Origin: Octopus bimaculoides
Taxonomy: Eukaryota
Assembly: GCF_001194135.2 (NCBI RefSeq)
Contig: NC_068981.1
Coordinates: forward strand, 143,021,062 to 143,084,704
DNA length: 63,643 nucleotides
Direction of reading: 5' to 3'
The notes under the pieces were generated by a model. The model ran no database searches and was not told where the DNA came from. It was given only the letters and a program-made list of their open reading frames with translations. Position numbers and translations under genes: made by a program. Shown piece by piece: positions 40,620 to 52,699 of the stretch (positions within the stretch are counted from its first letter, which is position 1; the number at the start of each line of letters is the position of its first letter).

Positions 40620-42230
40620 CAGTAAAAGTTATACCACCAGCAAAACTATTGAAAAGTTGCAAAACTTCAGTTTGGGAAAGGAAAGATTGATTTATGAAAA
40701 AAAGCTGACTGGACAGATGTGTTGGTAGAGGGATATGTTAGAAGAGGGATACATGTCAAATAAAAACATTAAGAAATTGACAGTGCAATATTTGAAGCAG
40801 TCCGGAGAACAATGCCAAGCAAAAATTCCCTTTCCCTGAAAATATTGCAGTTTATTGAATAAAAAATCTCACCTTGAATCATGAAGCTTTAATAAAGCCT
40901 TTTGAGATGAGCATCAGGGGCACATTAAACGTACACATATGACTAGAACTCATAACCTGGAATTCTCCAAAATTATTGCAATGAAATTTGATGAGTTGTA
41001 ATGTACATTTTGGGGATAAAATGTTACAAACATTTTCTCTTAACGAAGGCACTAAATATTAACAACCCAGAAATACAGCCTCTGCTGTCTAAGGAAAGTT
41101 ACGCATATATTGGATAAGATGAAAATGTGAAGTATAACGTAGCCATAAATAAGAGAACAACGAACGTGTAACTGAAGAATGTTAAAAATGTGGTCAGATA
41201 AATTTTCAATACACTTGTATAATAAGCACATTGTTACAACACTTTTGCAATGACTGTCCTTACGTCTACATTTCGGTTTCTGAACTGGTCACTTCAATGA
41301 GATGAATGTTCGAACTCTCAAGCTAGAGATAGGCTATACCTCACACGAAAATGTGACGACAGTGGTCTCAAATCTGTGTTGATTCATATGAAGCATATAT
41401 TATGATATTGAAGCAACATCCACAGCAGTGGATGTAACTAGTCTACCAAACTTTGCGACGATGAAATTAAGAATATAATTAGAATAGCTAATGAATTTGA
41501 GGACCGACATGAAATAAGAGCTGACACAGATCTCTCCTCGAGGAGCTGTGGTAAATTCTATTTAAAAAAAAAAACAATTTAAATGATGCAATTCACCGAG
41601 AATATAGTGCATAGGTCCTTGGCGGGAGGGGCACGTATTAGAGAAGGAACTGGCCATATGAAAAGCTTGGTTTTGAGTACTGACAAGGTTATGACATCAC
41701 ACTTCAAAGGCTACCGCCAATTATTTCAAGTATAAAGGGTAGAAAACTTTGACAGAAAACAAATGTAGGATGTGCAAAAACAAACCTAGGGACATAATCG
41801 ACATTATTGTTAATTGAGAAAGACTGTCTTCCAGATATTATCTTCTCATGACGCATCCTTATACAATGGCCAGAAGAGTCTGGAACAGAATAACAAAGAC
41901 AAATACAACGAAAACAAAAAACAACAGGATGAATTTGACTATATTTAGGCCGATGGCGGATGAAAAGTATATTCGTAAAGCTTAAAGCTTAAAGCAGCCA
42001 CGAAGTTAGAACGCAACCGGCCAGATTTGATTGTACGAAATCATTGTAGTAATCGGCTGCCCTCTGGATACAAGTGTGGTTAGAAAAATGCAAGGGAAAA
42101 ACGACATCTGTGGATCATTGATACAGAGTTTATAAATCTAGTGTCTACGATACATTTTCAGCTTCGTGCTTATTGTTACTGGACTAACAGGGTATGTGCT
42201 ATCCTGTCTCAAACAAAGCAGTCTGGACTT
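40620..42230 (+). mobile_element. older, heavily decayed R4/Dong-type LINE fragment
   Basis: KCRMCKNKPRDIIDII (~41760) and ERNRPDLIVR...GCPLD (~42010) are clear. The upstream part is only weakly recognisable, so the start is approximate. Confidence 0.5.
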
Positions 42231-42804
42231 GTTTTTTTTTTTTTTCTTACACTAAGAATTATCATGATTATCTAGAACTTGAAAGATCTGCAAACCTTTC
42301 TTAGATTTAAATGATGGTTAACAAAAACAGTTGCTTTCCTTCACAACCAAGTAGGTTACCGGGCACAATTAATTCCAAATTAAGAAGAGAAAGGGAAAAT
42401 ACATACTTACGTATATGCATGTATGTTGGTATGTGTATATATGCATCTATAAATATAAAGTAAATTCCACCATGACCCATATCCAAACTCCAGTGGGAAA
42501 GGCTACCCACTGGATTTGGTTAAAATGAAACGATGAGTAATAGCTAGAAGAACATTGAGCTTCATCTGATAACCAGTTGATCAAACATGCGGGGCGCCAT
42601 ATCACGAGGGGAGAAGGTGCTCATTGATGCCGTCGAGAGCTAGGCCCCGAAACGGCACGCATTCTCTCCTGTTGACCCTATACATTCGCTGGCTTCTGCT
42701 ATGCGGAGCTCTCGACAGGTAGGACTTCCAAAACATCAAAACATCATATATATACATACACACAGACACACACAGACACACACACATATATATGTGTGTG
42801 TATG

Positions 42805-42839
<35 letters not shown>

Positions 42840-43077
42840 NNNNNNNNNNNNNNNNNNNNNNNNNNNNNNNNNNNNNNNNNNNNNNNNNNNNNNNNNNNNN
42901 NNNNNNNNNNNNNNNNNNNNNNNNNNNNNNNNNNNNNNNNNNNNNNNNNNNNNNNNNNNNNNNNNNNNNNNNNNNNNNNNNNNNNNNNNNNNNNNNNNNN
43001 NNNNNNNNNNNNNNNNNNNNNNNNNNNNNNNNNNNNNNNNNNNNNNNNNNNNNNNNNNNNNNNNNNNNNNNNNNNNN

Positions 43078-43118
<41 letters not shown>

Positions 43119-44178
43119 TGTATGTATGTATGTATATGTATATGTATGTATGCGTTTATGTATTTATGAGTTAGTCAGTGCGTAATTACTGTTGAGTGTG
43201 CTCTGTATCTGTACGTGTTTTCAGCATTGGAACCATTCCCTGTGAATAAATGTCATAGTGTTAATAAAGCTTTGCCAACTCGTATAATATTGTTTGGCAA
43301 ATTATGTGTATATCCTTTCTATTTTTTATCAACTCGAGACTTGCCCCCGAGTTGATACTCAGTCGATGCTAGCTATACTATTTTAAACTATGTGAAAATT
43401 AAGATATTAATAAACCGCCTCACAATAACATCCCCATATCAGTTTATAACCCATTTAGATTTGCATCACTTGGGTACCAGTGCATCGAGTGTTGTAACTG
43501 AAATATATTAAACAAGTGTATGATTCTTGAACTATTTAGGCGTTCTAAATGGATATATGAATGGAAAATATTCAATGAATCTCTTTAATATATTTAATAG
43601 CAGATAGACTTAATGGCTAAATAACCAATGCGAAAATCGAAAGAGGTTACGAATTACTAGCTTGCATAGCATCTAAGCTGCGTGGTTTCCATTTTGTTTC
43701 TGAACTGAAATGATTAGTGCAATTTTAAAACTATAGAATGCATCTTATATATAAAATAAACTATAATATACAGAGATACAAGTACAAGACTCATGAATGA
43801 AGAATAGATAGAGGAAGAATTTAGTGTGCCAATTTTCTCTCAATTCATTTGAGAAATATATTCAAGATAGAATGCTCCAATCGAGAACCGGTATAAGACT
43901 GAAACAAATCTCTCCCGAGTTTCTGTCTATAATTTTGCATATGATTTACGAGTTTTAGGTAAACGTCAGCCAGTCGATGGAGCCTGACACCAAAATTGTG
44001 TTTCTAAAAAAACAAATATACTTAATATTCAATTGAGTAGTATTTTCACTTCTCAGTATCACAAGCTACAGTAAGCAACTAGCCCACCCCGCAAACATTT
44101 GAAGACCATAAAACTAAACTAAACTTATTTCGTAATAGTAATATCTTTCATACATGTCAGTATTATTAGGATTATTAA

Positions 44179-44232
44179 GGCGCGAGCTGGCAGAAACTTT
44201 AGCACGCCGGGCGAAATGCTTAGCGGTATTTC
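44179..44232 (+). mobile_element. SINE family B, 5' head of an interrupted copy
   Basis: GGCGCGAGCTGGCAGAAACTTTAGCACGCCGGGCGAAATGCTTAGCGGTATTTC matches the heads at 46043 and 59314. The body resumes at 45862. Confidence 0.8.
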
Positions 44233-45861
44233 GTCGCTGTGAGTTGTATATAGTGTATTTGTTTATGCTGTGTTTGCAGCGGTTTTTGAGTTGTTTAATA
44301 GTCTCTCGGTAGTACTGAGAGATGGCAGGTGGAAGACGAGTATATTCGGACCTGAGCGAGACTGAGTTGTCCACTACGGAGGAGGAACTGGTTAAGGCAG
44401 CAAGGATGTTGGACGCATGCTTGAATGAGAAAAGTTTTGCAGATGAGAACGAAGAAAATAAACCTGGAGAATATGGAAAAAGACAGTAGAATGGCTGTAA
44501 AGGTGGGGAACGACGTGAGGTTGTGCTTACCGCAGACAAGGATGGAGGAAGTACAAAATAAGATGGTAACTTATAAAGTTTACTAAGTTAACAAAAAGAG
44601 AATTGACCATATGGAGGAGAGAGAGAGAGAGAGACGGTTGCTGAAGACAGTCTGGCCAGATATTACCTACCTGGCCAGAGGAGGAAATTTCGGAACTATT
44701 ATCGTTCATTATAAAACAGAGGAAAAAGCGATAGCCCACGCTGCCAAAGTGTTAAAGACGGAAAAGCTAGTTCTCACATGGGCAAGAGGATTGCCAAAAT
44801 CAAAGTGGAAGGAATTCCCCCTGAAATCGATGCGGTTTCGGTGGTGGCGGCTATCTTTATTGACAGAGAAAAGGAGGTGAAGGTGGTTCAAGCAGAAATG
44901 ATGGAAGGAGCAACATGGAAGGGACGAATCGTCGAAATTACCGTCCAAGCTGAGATGGAGGTCCTCGAAGTACTACCCGAGAACCTGTGGATTGGGGATT
45001 TGATCCTGAAAATGTGGGTGGAGGGCAGGATTGTTCGTTGTTTTAAATGTGGCCTGAAAGGTCACATTTAAGCGAACTGCCTTCGACCACCCAAAATGGT
45101 AGAAGAGCGACAGCTAGCACCACAGGAGAGAATACAAGAAGTAGCAGCAGAAAAAGAATTCCAGTATCAGAAGATAGGGAATGGGAATAGCCGAGAAAAG
45201 ATAAAAAAAAACAAAAGGAAAATAAGTACTTGTGAACCCCAACCCACCCGGAGCAAACCCTCTACCTTTTCACCACACCCTCCTCATTCAGACACCAAAC
45301 CTTCCTATTCCCCTCCAACAACAAAGCACAAAAGAAATGCAAGCACACATGATGTATATATAGTTTCTCCTCCCCCTGTTTGTTTTCCTTGCGTTCTGTA
45401 TGCGGACGTGGAAGATGACATTGTAAACCGGATGAACGAGTGGAAGGATATGGTTGAAGTGGAATTCTGGGGTGAAGATGGTGAGACTATGATATGTCAA
45501 TTGTTAAATAAGGAAATGGAAATAGTTAAACAGAATGATAAAGGTATTGAGTTGTGGAAGGTGATCGGGGAGTTGTGGAAGGTGATCTGCCAAAACAGAC
45601 TTGTTATACTGAACTAAAAAAAATACTATGGTATTGAACTGCTGGATTTTAGATATATATGATTGAACGGCAAAACGGTTTCAATGTAACCACTCGACTT
45701 CGGCGGTCGAGTGGGCATTCTTCCTCATTATATCATCTTTTTCATGATTCATTCGATTCATTTAATTTTGCTTCTTTCTTTATGCTTTCATTTTATGATT
45801 TTAATTCCCCGATATTGTGTTTGTACCGTCTATGTTGGCCCCTGGTGGGTAATAAAGAAAT
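44233..45861 (+). mobile_element. non-autonomous ORF1-only retroelement (half-LINE-like) inserted into a SINE
   Basis: Bounded by the direct repeat CGGTATTTC (44224-32 and 45862-70). Contains one long disabled ORF and no ORF2. Its 3' end matches the SINE B tail. Confidence 0.65.
44322..45617 (+). pseudogene. LINE ORF1-like protein (RRM-like segment + CX2CX4HX4C zinc knuckle), about 430 codons
   Basis: ATG at 44322. Frameshift in the A-run at ~44480, stop at 44584-86, frameshift at ~44777, stop at 45069-71; otherwise open to 45617. MGKRIAKIKVEGIPPEID resembles the L1/Tx1 ORF1 RRM start; CFKCGLKGHI*ANC lies at 45039-45080. Confidence 0.7.
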
Positions 45862-46045
45862 CGGTATTTCCTTTGCCATTATGTTCCGTGTTCAAATTCC
45901 GCCGAATTCGACTTTGCCTTTCATCCTTTCGGGGTCGATGAATTAAGTACCAATTACGCACTGGGGTCGATCTAATCGATTTAATCATTTTGTCCGTCCT
46001 TGTTTGTCCCCTCTATGTTTAGCCTCTTGTGGGCAATAAAGAAAC
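45862..46045 (+). mobile_element. SINE family B, resumed body and tail of the interrupted copy
   Basis: GTTCAAATTCCGCCGAATTCGACTTTGCCTTTCATCCTTTCGGGGTCGATG...GTGGGCAATAAAGAAAC. Confidence 0.85.
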
Positions 46046-46435
46046 TTTAGCACGCCTGGCGAAATGCTAGGCGATACTTCTTCTGTCTTTACGCTCTGAT
46101 ATCAAATTCCGCCAAGGTCGACTTTACCTCTCATCACTTCGGAGTCGATGAATGAAATACCAGTTCCGTACTGGGATAGATATAATCGACTTTACCCCTC
46201 CCCCATAATTTCGGGCCTTGTGCTTAGAGTAGAAAAGATTATTTTTCTTTTATTGTGGGGAATTGGCACACTTGTTAGACCGCCGGATAAAATGCGTAAC
46301 GGCATTTCCTCCATCATTTTGTTCTTAGTTCAAATTCCGCCGAGGTAGTTTTGTCTTTCATAATTTCAGGGTCAATAAAATAACCAGTTGAGCACTAGGA
46401 TCGATGCAATCGACTTAACCGCTCCTTCTAACTAA
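46043..46435 (+). mobile_element. two further tandem SINE family B copies
   Basis: 46043-46240 and ~46270-46435 each repeat TTAG(C)ACGCC..AAATGC...TCAAATTCCGCC...ATCGACTT. Confidence 0.8.
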
Positions 46436-46659
46436 CTGACCTTGCGCCAAAAGTTCAAATCATTATTATTGTTGTTTTCAGTCCAGGGACAGTCCTGTTA
46501 GTTATATACATTCAGTCGCTCCTGTGTACTACTTTATCCAGACACAGGAAAACTCTACCCAGTGAATTCACTCGTAACAGTGTAGGATTTGTGAATTGAA
46601 GGACACCTAACTGTTGTATCTAGCTTGACAAACGACACCATATATACATAAGTACAACA

Positions 46660-46902
46660 TATATACGTGTGTGCGTATACATGCATGTATGTATGTATGT
46701 GCATGTGTGTATATGTATGTATGTATTGTATGTATGTATATATATGTGTATGTATGTGTGCATGTATGTGTGTGTGTATGTATGTGTATATATATATATG
46801 CATGTATCTATGTGTGTGTATGCATGTGTGTGTATGTGTGTGTATGGGTGCATGTATGTATATGCGTATGTATGCATGTATGTATGTATGTATGTATGTA
46901 TA
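46660..46902. repeat. degenerate (TATG/TG/TA)n low-complexity tract
   Basis: Direct reading. Confidence 0.9.
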
Positions 46903-47072
46903 TCATCGTCCGAAAGTCATAATCAGAATCAAAATGAATTAATAAAGATTTAAAAGGCAAGATTGCAGAATTTTTCTTCACTGCGGGTTAATAAATTTGA
47001 TCAGCAAAGACAATGCGGTCTTATTCACCTTTTATGAAAGTGTTTCACAATTACGCGATGAATAACAACTTG

Positions 47073-47243
47073 ACCAGGAGTGGCTGTGTGGTAAAAAGCT
47101 TCCTTCCCAACTACGCCGTTCCGGGTTCAGTACCACTGCATGACACCTAGGGCGAGTATCTTCTACTATAGCCTCAGGTTGACCAAAGCCTTGTGAGTAG
47201 ATGTGGTAGAAGAAAACTGAAAGAAGCCCATCGTATATAGATG

Positions 47244-47322
<79 letters not shown>

Positions 47323-47520
47323 CTTTGCGTCTTTGTTTGCCCTTCTCCACCACAATCGCTTGACAACCGATGTTGGTGCGTTTAGGCCCCCGTAACATAG
47401 CGGTTTGGCAGATAGATTGAATACCAGGTTTACAAAGAATAAGTTCAGTGGTCTATGTCTTTGGTTCATATGCAGTGCTCCAGCATGGCCCCCGTCAAAT
47501 AACTGCAACAAATAAAAGAA
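47073..47520 (+). mobile_element. tRNA-derived SINE family A, full length
   Basis: A box TGGCTGTGTGG, B box GGTTCAGTACC, internal (TA)n(TG)n, tail ...CAGCATGGCC...CAAATAAAAGAA. Confidence 0.9.
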
Positions 47521-50339
47521 CATCTTATATTTTAATTTCCCTCATAAAACATATTTACAAACATTTACCTTTCCACTATATGTATTTATGCTGTAATACA
47601 AGTAACTTTGTTAGTTACGTTAATTGGAAGAATATAAAGAGAAGCAGCAGATATGGAAGTAATTCAGCCCAGAGAAGACACTTAATGGAAAACACCGCTA
47701 TATCAAAGCATATTTCGATATCAGCTTGTTACCTGCCATACAATCGCACGCGCAAGCTCGCCCACACGTACAAACACGAACAGACATATATTAGAAGTAC
47801 AATAGAAACCTTGCGTGAAGCAAATGAATTTTAGCTGCGAAATAATTCTTGCAAAATTTCTTTTGTTTCGTCGATTTCTAAAGCACTTCTAATTCTCCTA
47901 CTTTCTTACCATTTTAATATTCATGGAAACGCAATTAAAGATGCCAAATTCGAATTTTATTCTTCGATTTTAAAATCGTAGCTATAAAGAATAATTTCTT
48001 CGCTGAAGGCTCTTGGCGCCAAATTCAGTTGCGACTCTCTTTAAGCCAATAGTGTCGAGTAAACAGAAACGAAATGCAGCGTACTTCACATTTGGAACAG
48101 CCTTACGCTTTGAAGAATGTACAGGGAGAGGAAGAGGAGGAGGAGGAGGGAAGAAGAAGAGGAAGAAGAAGAAGATCAAGAAGAAGAAGAAGAAGAAGAA
48201 GAAGCAACTGCAGCATCTACACATCTACACTATCAAAGAAAGAAGATTGAGTAGCAAAAATATTAATGCTAGAAATATATAGAACGAAATGCAGCGTAGA
48301 TTTATCGACCGTATTTCTGAAGATGCATTCAATAAAATTTTCAACAGAAAAAGAGAAAAAAAAATCGAAGGATTGAAATAATTTTAATTAGAAGTTACTG
48401 CTGAAATGACGATGTTATAATCAGCCAGATTGCTCTTTATATCGAACTAGATAGATAAATGTGAATTGTAAAATGATTATAAAGCGTAAAGAAAAATAAA
48501 TTCGTAAATCAAGAAAATAAGAAGCTAACCTACTCAAGACTCAAAAGAATTTTGGTTATTAATTTGATCGATGGATAATACTTTTTAGCAGATAACGCAG
48601 CGAAATCTAAAATAACTGAGTCAGCAATGGGAATTAAATCGAATTATGTATTTCTGTACATTTAGCGTCATTATTATTATTATTATTATTATCATCATCA
48701 TCATCATCATCGTCGTCGTCGTCTTCGTTGTTGTTGTTATTTATTTTAGAAACATAGAAACGTAAAGTACGAAAATGGAGAAGTGGAAAATGAGAAAAAA
48801 AAATAGCATTAAATATACAAATAATTATTTGTATCGAAATGATGGCATTATAGCATATATTGGTTACGAATATTTCCATTGCCATTTTCAATAGCCTGAA
48901 GCCTTAAAAGAAATATTACTAATTCAAAGACGTGTCCAAATTAATATGCTGTTTTACTACTTCATGCGTAAAATACATCTGGTTTGTACAATACAAGTAA
49001 AATTACGAAAGGGAACTAAAAGCAACGATATGTTCAACAGTGTTGCCATATATCAACGGTATATTTTCAATATATCAAAAATACACTGTTGAGAAATCTC
49101 TGTGACAAGCATAAGAAATAACAAACCTTAAAATATTCAATCACAAATACTAATATACTAGATATATTGTGTTCAAACAACTATTTCAGCTGATATATAA
49201 ACATTATTAAAGGGCAGTAGCTTTTGTAATAAATTATTAAAATTTATTTCTCCTCCTTTTATTTAATTTTTTTTTTTTTTTGTCTCTCTGAGATTTCATT
49301 ACATAAAGATGATAATTTTTATCTGATTGAGTAGAGACTCTAAGAAGCTATCTTTCTACCCGTTACGCTTTGGAATATTAAGATAAACATTTAATTAAAG
49401 ACTCCGACTCGCTATAGATAGTACCGCGTAAGTTAATTCATAGTATAGACCATTCTTAACATTTTACTCAATACTAAATTTCATAGACGAATTTAATTTC
49501 TACTGGTCATTGCCGCATTCATGATTTACATGGATGAAATTAATGCACTCATATGCATATTTTCAGAAAATACTACATGTCAATTCTTATATATGTGCTT
49601 CTGTTGTATCTGTGTGTGTTTGTGTGTGTGTCTATTTACGCATATATATATATATATANNNNNNNNNNNNNNNNNNNNNNNNNNNNNNNNNNNNNNNNNN
49701 NNNNNNNNNNNNNNNNNNNNNNNNNNNNNNNNNNNNNNNNNNNNNNNNNNNNNNNNNNNNNNNNNNNNNNNNNNNNNNNNNNNNNNNNNNNNNNNNNNNN
49801 NNNNNNNNNNNNNNNNNNNNNNNNNNNNNNNNNNNNNNNNNNNNNNNNNNNNNNNNNNNNNNNNNNNNNNNNNNNNNNNNNNNNNNNNNNNNNNNNNNNN
49901 NNNNNNNNNNNNNNNNNNNNNNNNNNNNNNNNNNNNNNNNNNNNNNNNNNNNNNNNNNNNNNNNNNNNNNNNNNNNNNNNNNNNNNNNNNNNNNNNNNNN
50001 NNNNNNNNNNNNNNNNNNNNNNNNNNNNNNNNNNNNNNNNNNNNNNNNNNNNNNNNNNNNNNNNNNNNNNNNNNNNNNNNNNNNNNNNNNNNNNNNNNNN
50101 NNNNNNNNNNNNNNNNNNNNNNNNNNNNNNNNNNNNNNNNNNNNNNNNNNNNNNNNNNNNNNNNNNNNNNNNNNNNNNNNNNNNNNNNNNNNNNNNNNNN
50201 NNNNNNNNNNNNNNNNNNNNNNNNNNNNNNNNNNNNNNNNNNNNNNNNNNNTAGTAATAATGTAGTAATAATAACAATAATCCTTGAATGAAATTTATAA
50301 ATATTTTAACGCATCGCTACGCGCGTTTCCACAAGTTTC

Positions 50340-51110
50340 ACGCCTCTTAAAATCACAGTCGGTATTCTCGGGATGATTGAAGATTAAAGTGTAGTCCGCA
50401 TTATCCGTGGGCATCGGTTTGATCATATTCTTGGTGGCTAAATATGAAGGGCTCTCCCATTATGACGTCTTTTGCTTCGTCTTAGATTCCTACCCGTAGA
50501 CCCAGCTCTTGTCACCGGTGATGATTCTCGACATGAAGGATGGGGTATCAGCGGCACGCTGACAATGATTTTGCCCTACCTCGATGCAATTCTCCTTCCG
50601 CTCAGTGGTCAGAAGACGATAGACACGCCGCATGTTCAATTCATATGTGGTGATTCTCTGTACGACATATACGAAAAACTAACAGCATCAGCAATGTCGT
50701 TAATTGAAATCCGACGATCCTCATGCACAGGATAATGAATTTTCTCCACAGGTCTGTGGTTGACGCTCGTGGCAGGTCTCTCAGATTGCTCATCCACTTT
50801 TTAAGTGTCCATGCCTCTCTAAACATTGCGTACGACACATTGCTTCGTCACCGTGCGTTGCCGAAGCATGCTCAATGTCTATGTAGCTGACTTCCCAAAA
50901 TTTCACGTTCGCTCTTTGTTCGAACTTCTTATCCATGACGAAATAGCAGACTACATCATACATGTGATCACAAATCAGAAATTCTGCAAAGTAAACACAG
51001 CGATGTCACTCGGCACACAGCCTCATGAAGGTCACTGCTAGCTCTCACTATGCACGCAACCGTGTACTGCTATCTGAAGGGTGAACAGGAGTTTTTCTTG
51101 ACCTACTTCC
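50340..51110 (-). mobile_element. mariner transposon, 5' half (HTH to first catalytic Asp)
   Basis: Minus frames MDKKFEQRANVKF, ELNMRRV...LLTTERKENC, FMSRIITGDKSWVYG (cf. ITGDESWVYGY), WESP. Confidence 0.85.
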
Positions 51111-52064
51111 GAATTTATTCTCTGTACATTGTTCAGCAAGGATGTTATGAAAGGAGAACTTCTGTTTCATTTTGCTGAATGATCTTTTGCCTGTTTTATC
51201 AACCAAAAGAATAGCAGAAGGATTCTTAAATATTTAGTGCTTTACAAAATGGATTACAGCTCCATATTTAGCTGTGAGCGTTTCTGATTGTAAAATGTAG
51301 AGACAGCAGGAGAGGTTTATAAAATTTTGGAAACAAAAACAGTAGAAAATTGTAATCAGCATATTCGTTAAAAATTACTGGCTTATGCTTGAGAAAACAC
51401 CAATTTCCCACCAATCAGAAATGACTATCATCCGTAGTACACTAAACTATATGCGAAGAGATGAAAGCATTGTAACTGAATCTTGTGTAAAAAAAATTGT
51501 AGAATATATCTCTCCAGCCAAAACTCATCACCTTCTTGAATGTCACTGGAAGCGGAAGACTAGGATGTACGTAAGCAAATTTGATAAAGTGGCTGTGTAA
51601 CTGAAAAGTCTAGGTGTTACATATTAAAAAAAAAAATTTAATCTGCAGTTGAGAAGAGAGGAAGATCGATCCTTATTACATGCAGTTTTTACACCGTTAT
51701 TCAAGATTTTTAGTATATATTTTGTGTATATTCAATCTCTCTCCATGTAATTGTCTGTTTTGTAACCGATATACTTTCAATACCTTCGATACCAAAAGCA
51801 AGACTACATTCCTACGGTGTTACAGCACTTTCTATAGAAGAAGTGGAATTGTTTGTATTGCGTAGGTGTTTTATGTGAGTCATGTTTATAACTGAAAAAG
51901 AAAAGTAATACCTATAGTACGTTCAGTTGATAGTATAATTTTCGATGATGGTATAAGAAGTAGCTAACCCTACGAAGGCTATTGTTTTAGACTTTACAGA
52001 GAATTTTCAGCCATGATTTAGTTGTGTTTTGTGTACTTTTCATTATATCTTTTATTTTTTTCAT

Positions 52065-52282
52065 TTACTTGCTTTAATCATTTGACTGCGACCATGCTGG
52101 GGTACCACCTTGAAGAGTTTTAGTCGAACAAATCGACACCAGGACTTATATTCAAAAGCCTAGACTATCTGTCTTTTTTTCAGAGCCGTTAACGGGGACA
52201 TAAATGCACCAGCACCGGTTGTCAAGCGGTGGTGACGGTCAAACACAGACATAAATACACATACATACATCATACATGCATC

Positions 52283-52380
<98 letters not shown>

Positions 52381-52513
52381 GGGCCTCTTTTAGCTTCCGT
52401 CTGCTAAATCCACTCATAAGACTTTGATCGGCTTGAAGCTATAGCAGAAGACACTAAGAAGACAAAGACCTATGTCGCTGGGAAGCAAGCATCTTACCAT
52501 GCAGCCACGCCTG
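52065..52513 (-). mobile_element. tRNA-derived SINE family A with expanded internal (TG)n
   Basis: Aligns with 3389-3725 and 47073-47520; the head is partly deleted. Confidence 0.85.
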
Positions 52514-52699
52514 TAGTGTTTCAGTTATTTAATATTAATATTTTCCAGTAAACTCATTATTAAAACTCAGTTTCACTGCACCACTGAGCGCAATCTGAGC
52601 ACAATCTTGAGCGCAATCTTGATATGCATTGTTAATTTTCTACTTCGTATTACACTGAAAATATACTTTGTCACGTATGGCTAGTAGTGTTATTTCCTC

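Noticed and set aside
42560-42720. HDV-like ribozyme (GCGAATG and CCCCTCG motifs on the minus strand)
   Set aside because: The motifs are in the wrong order and no P1/P1' pairing could be built; kept only as an unexplained structured island.
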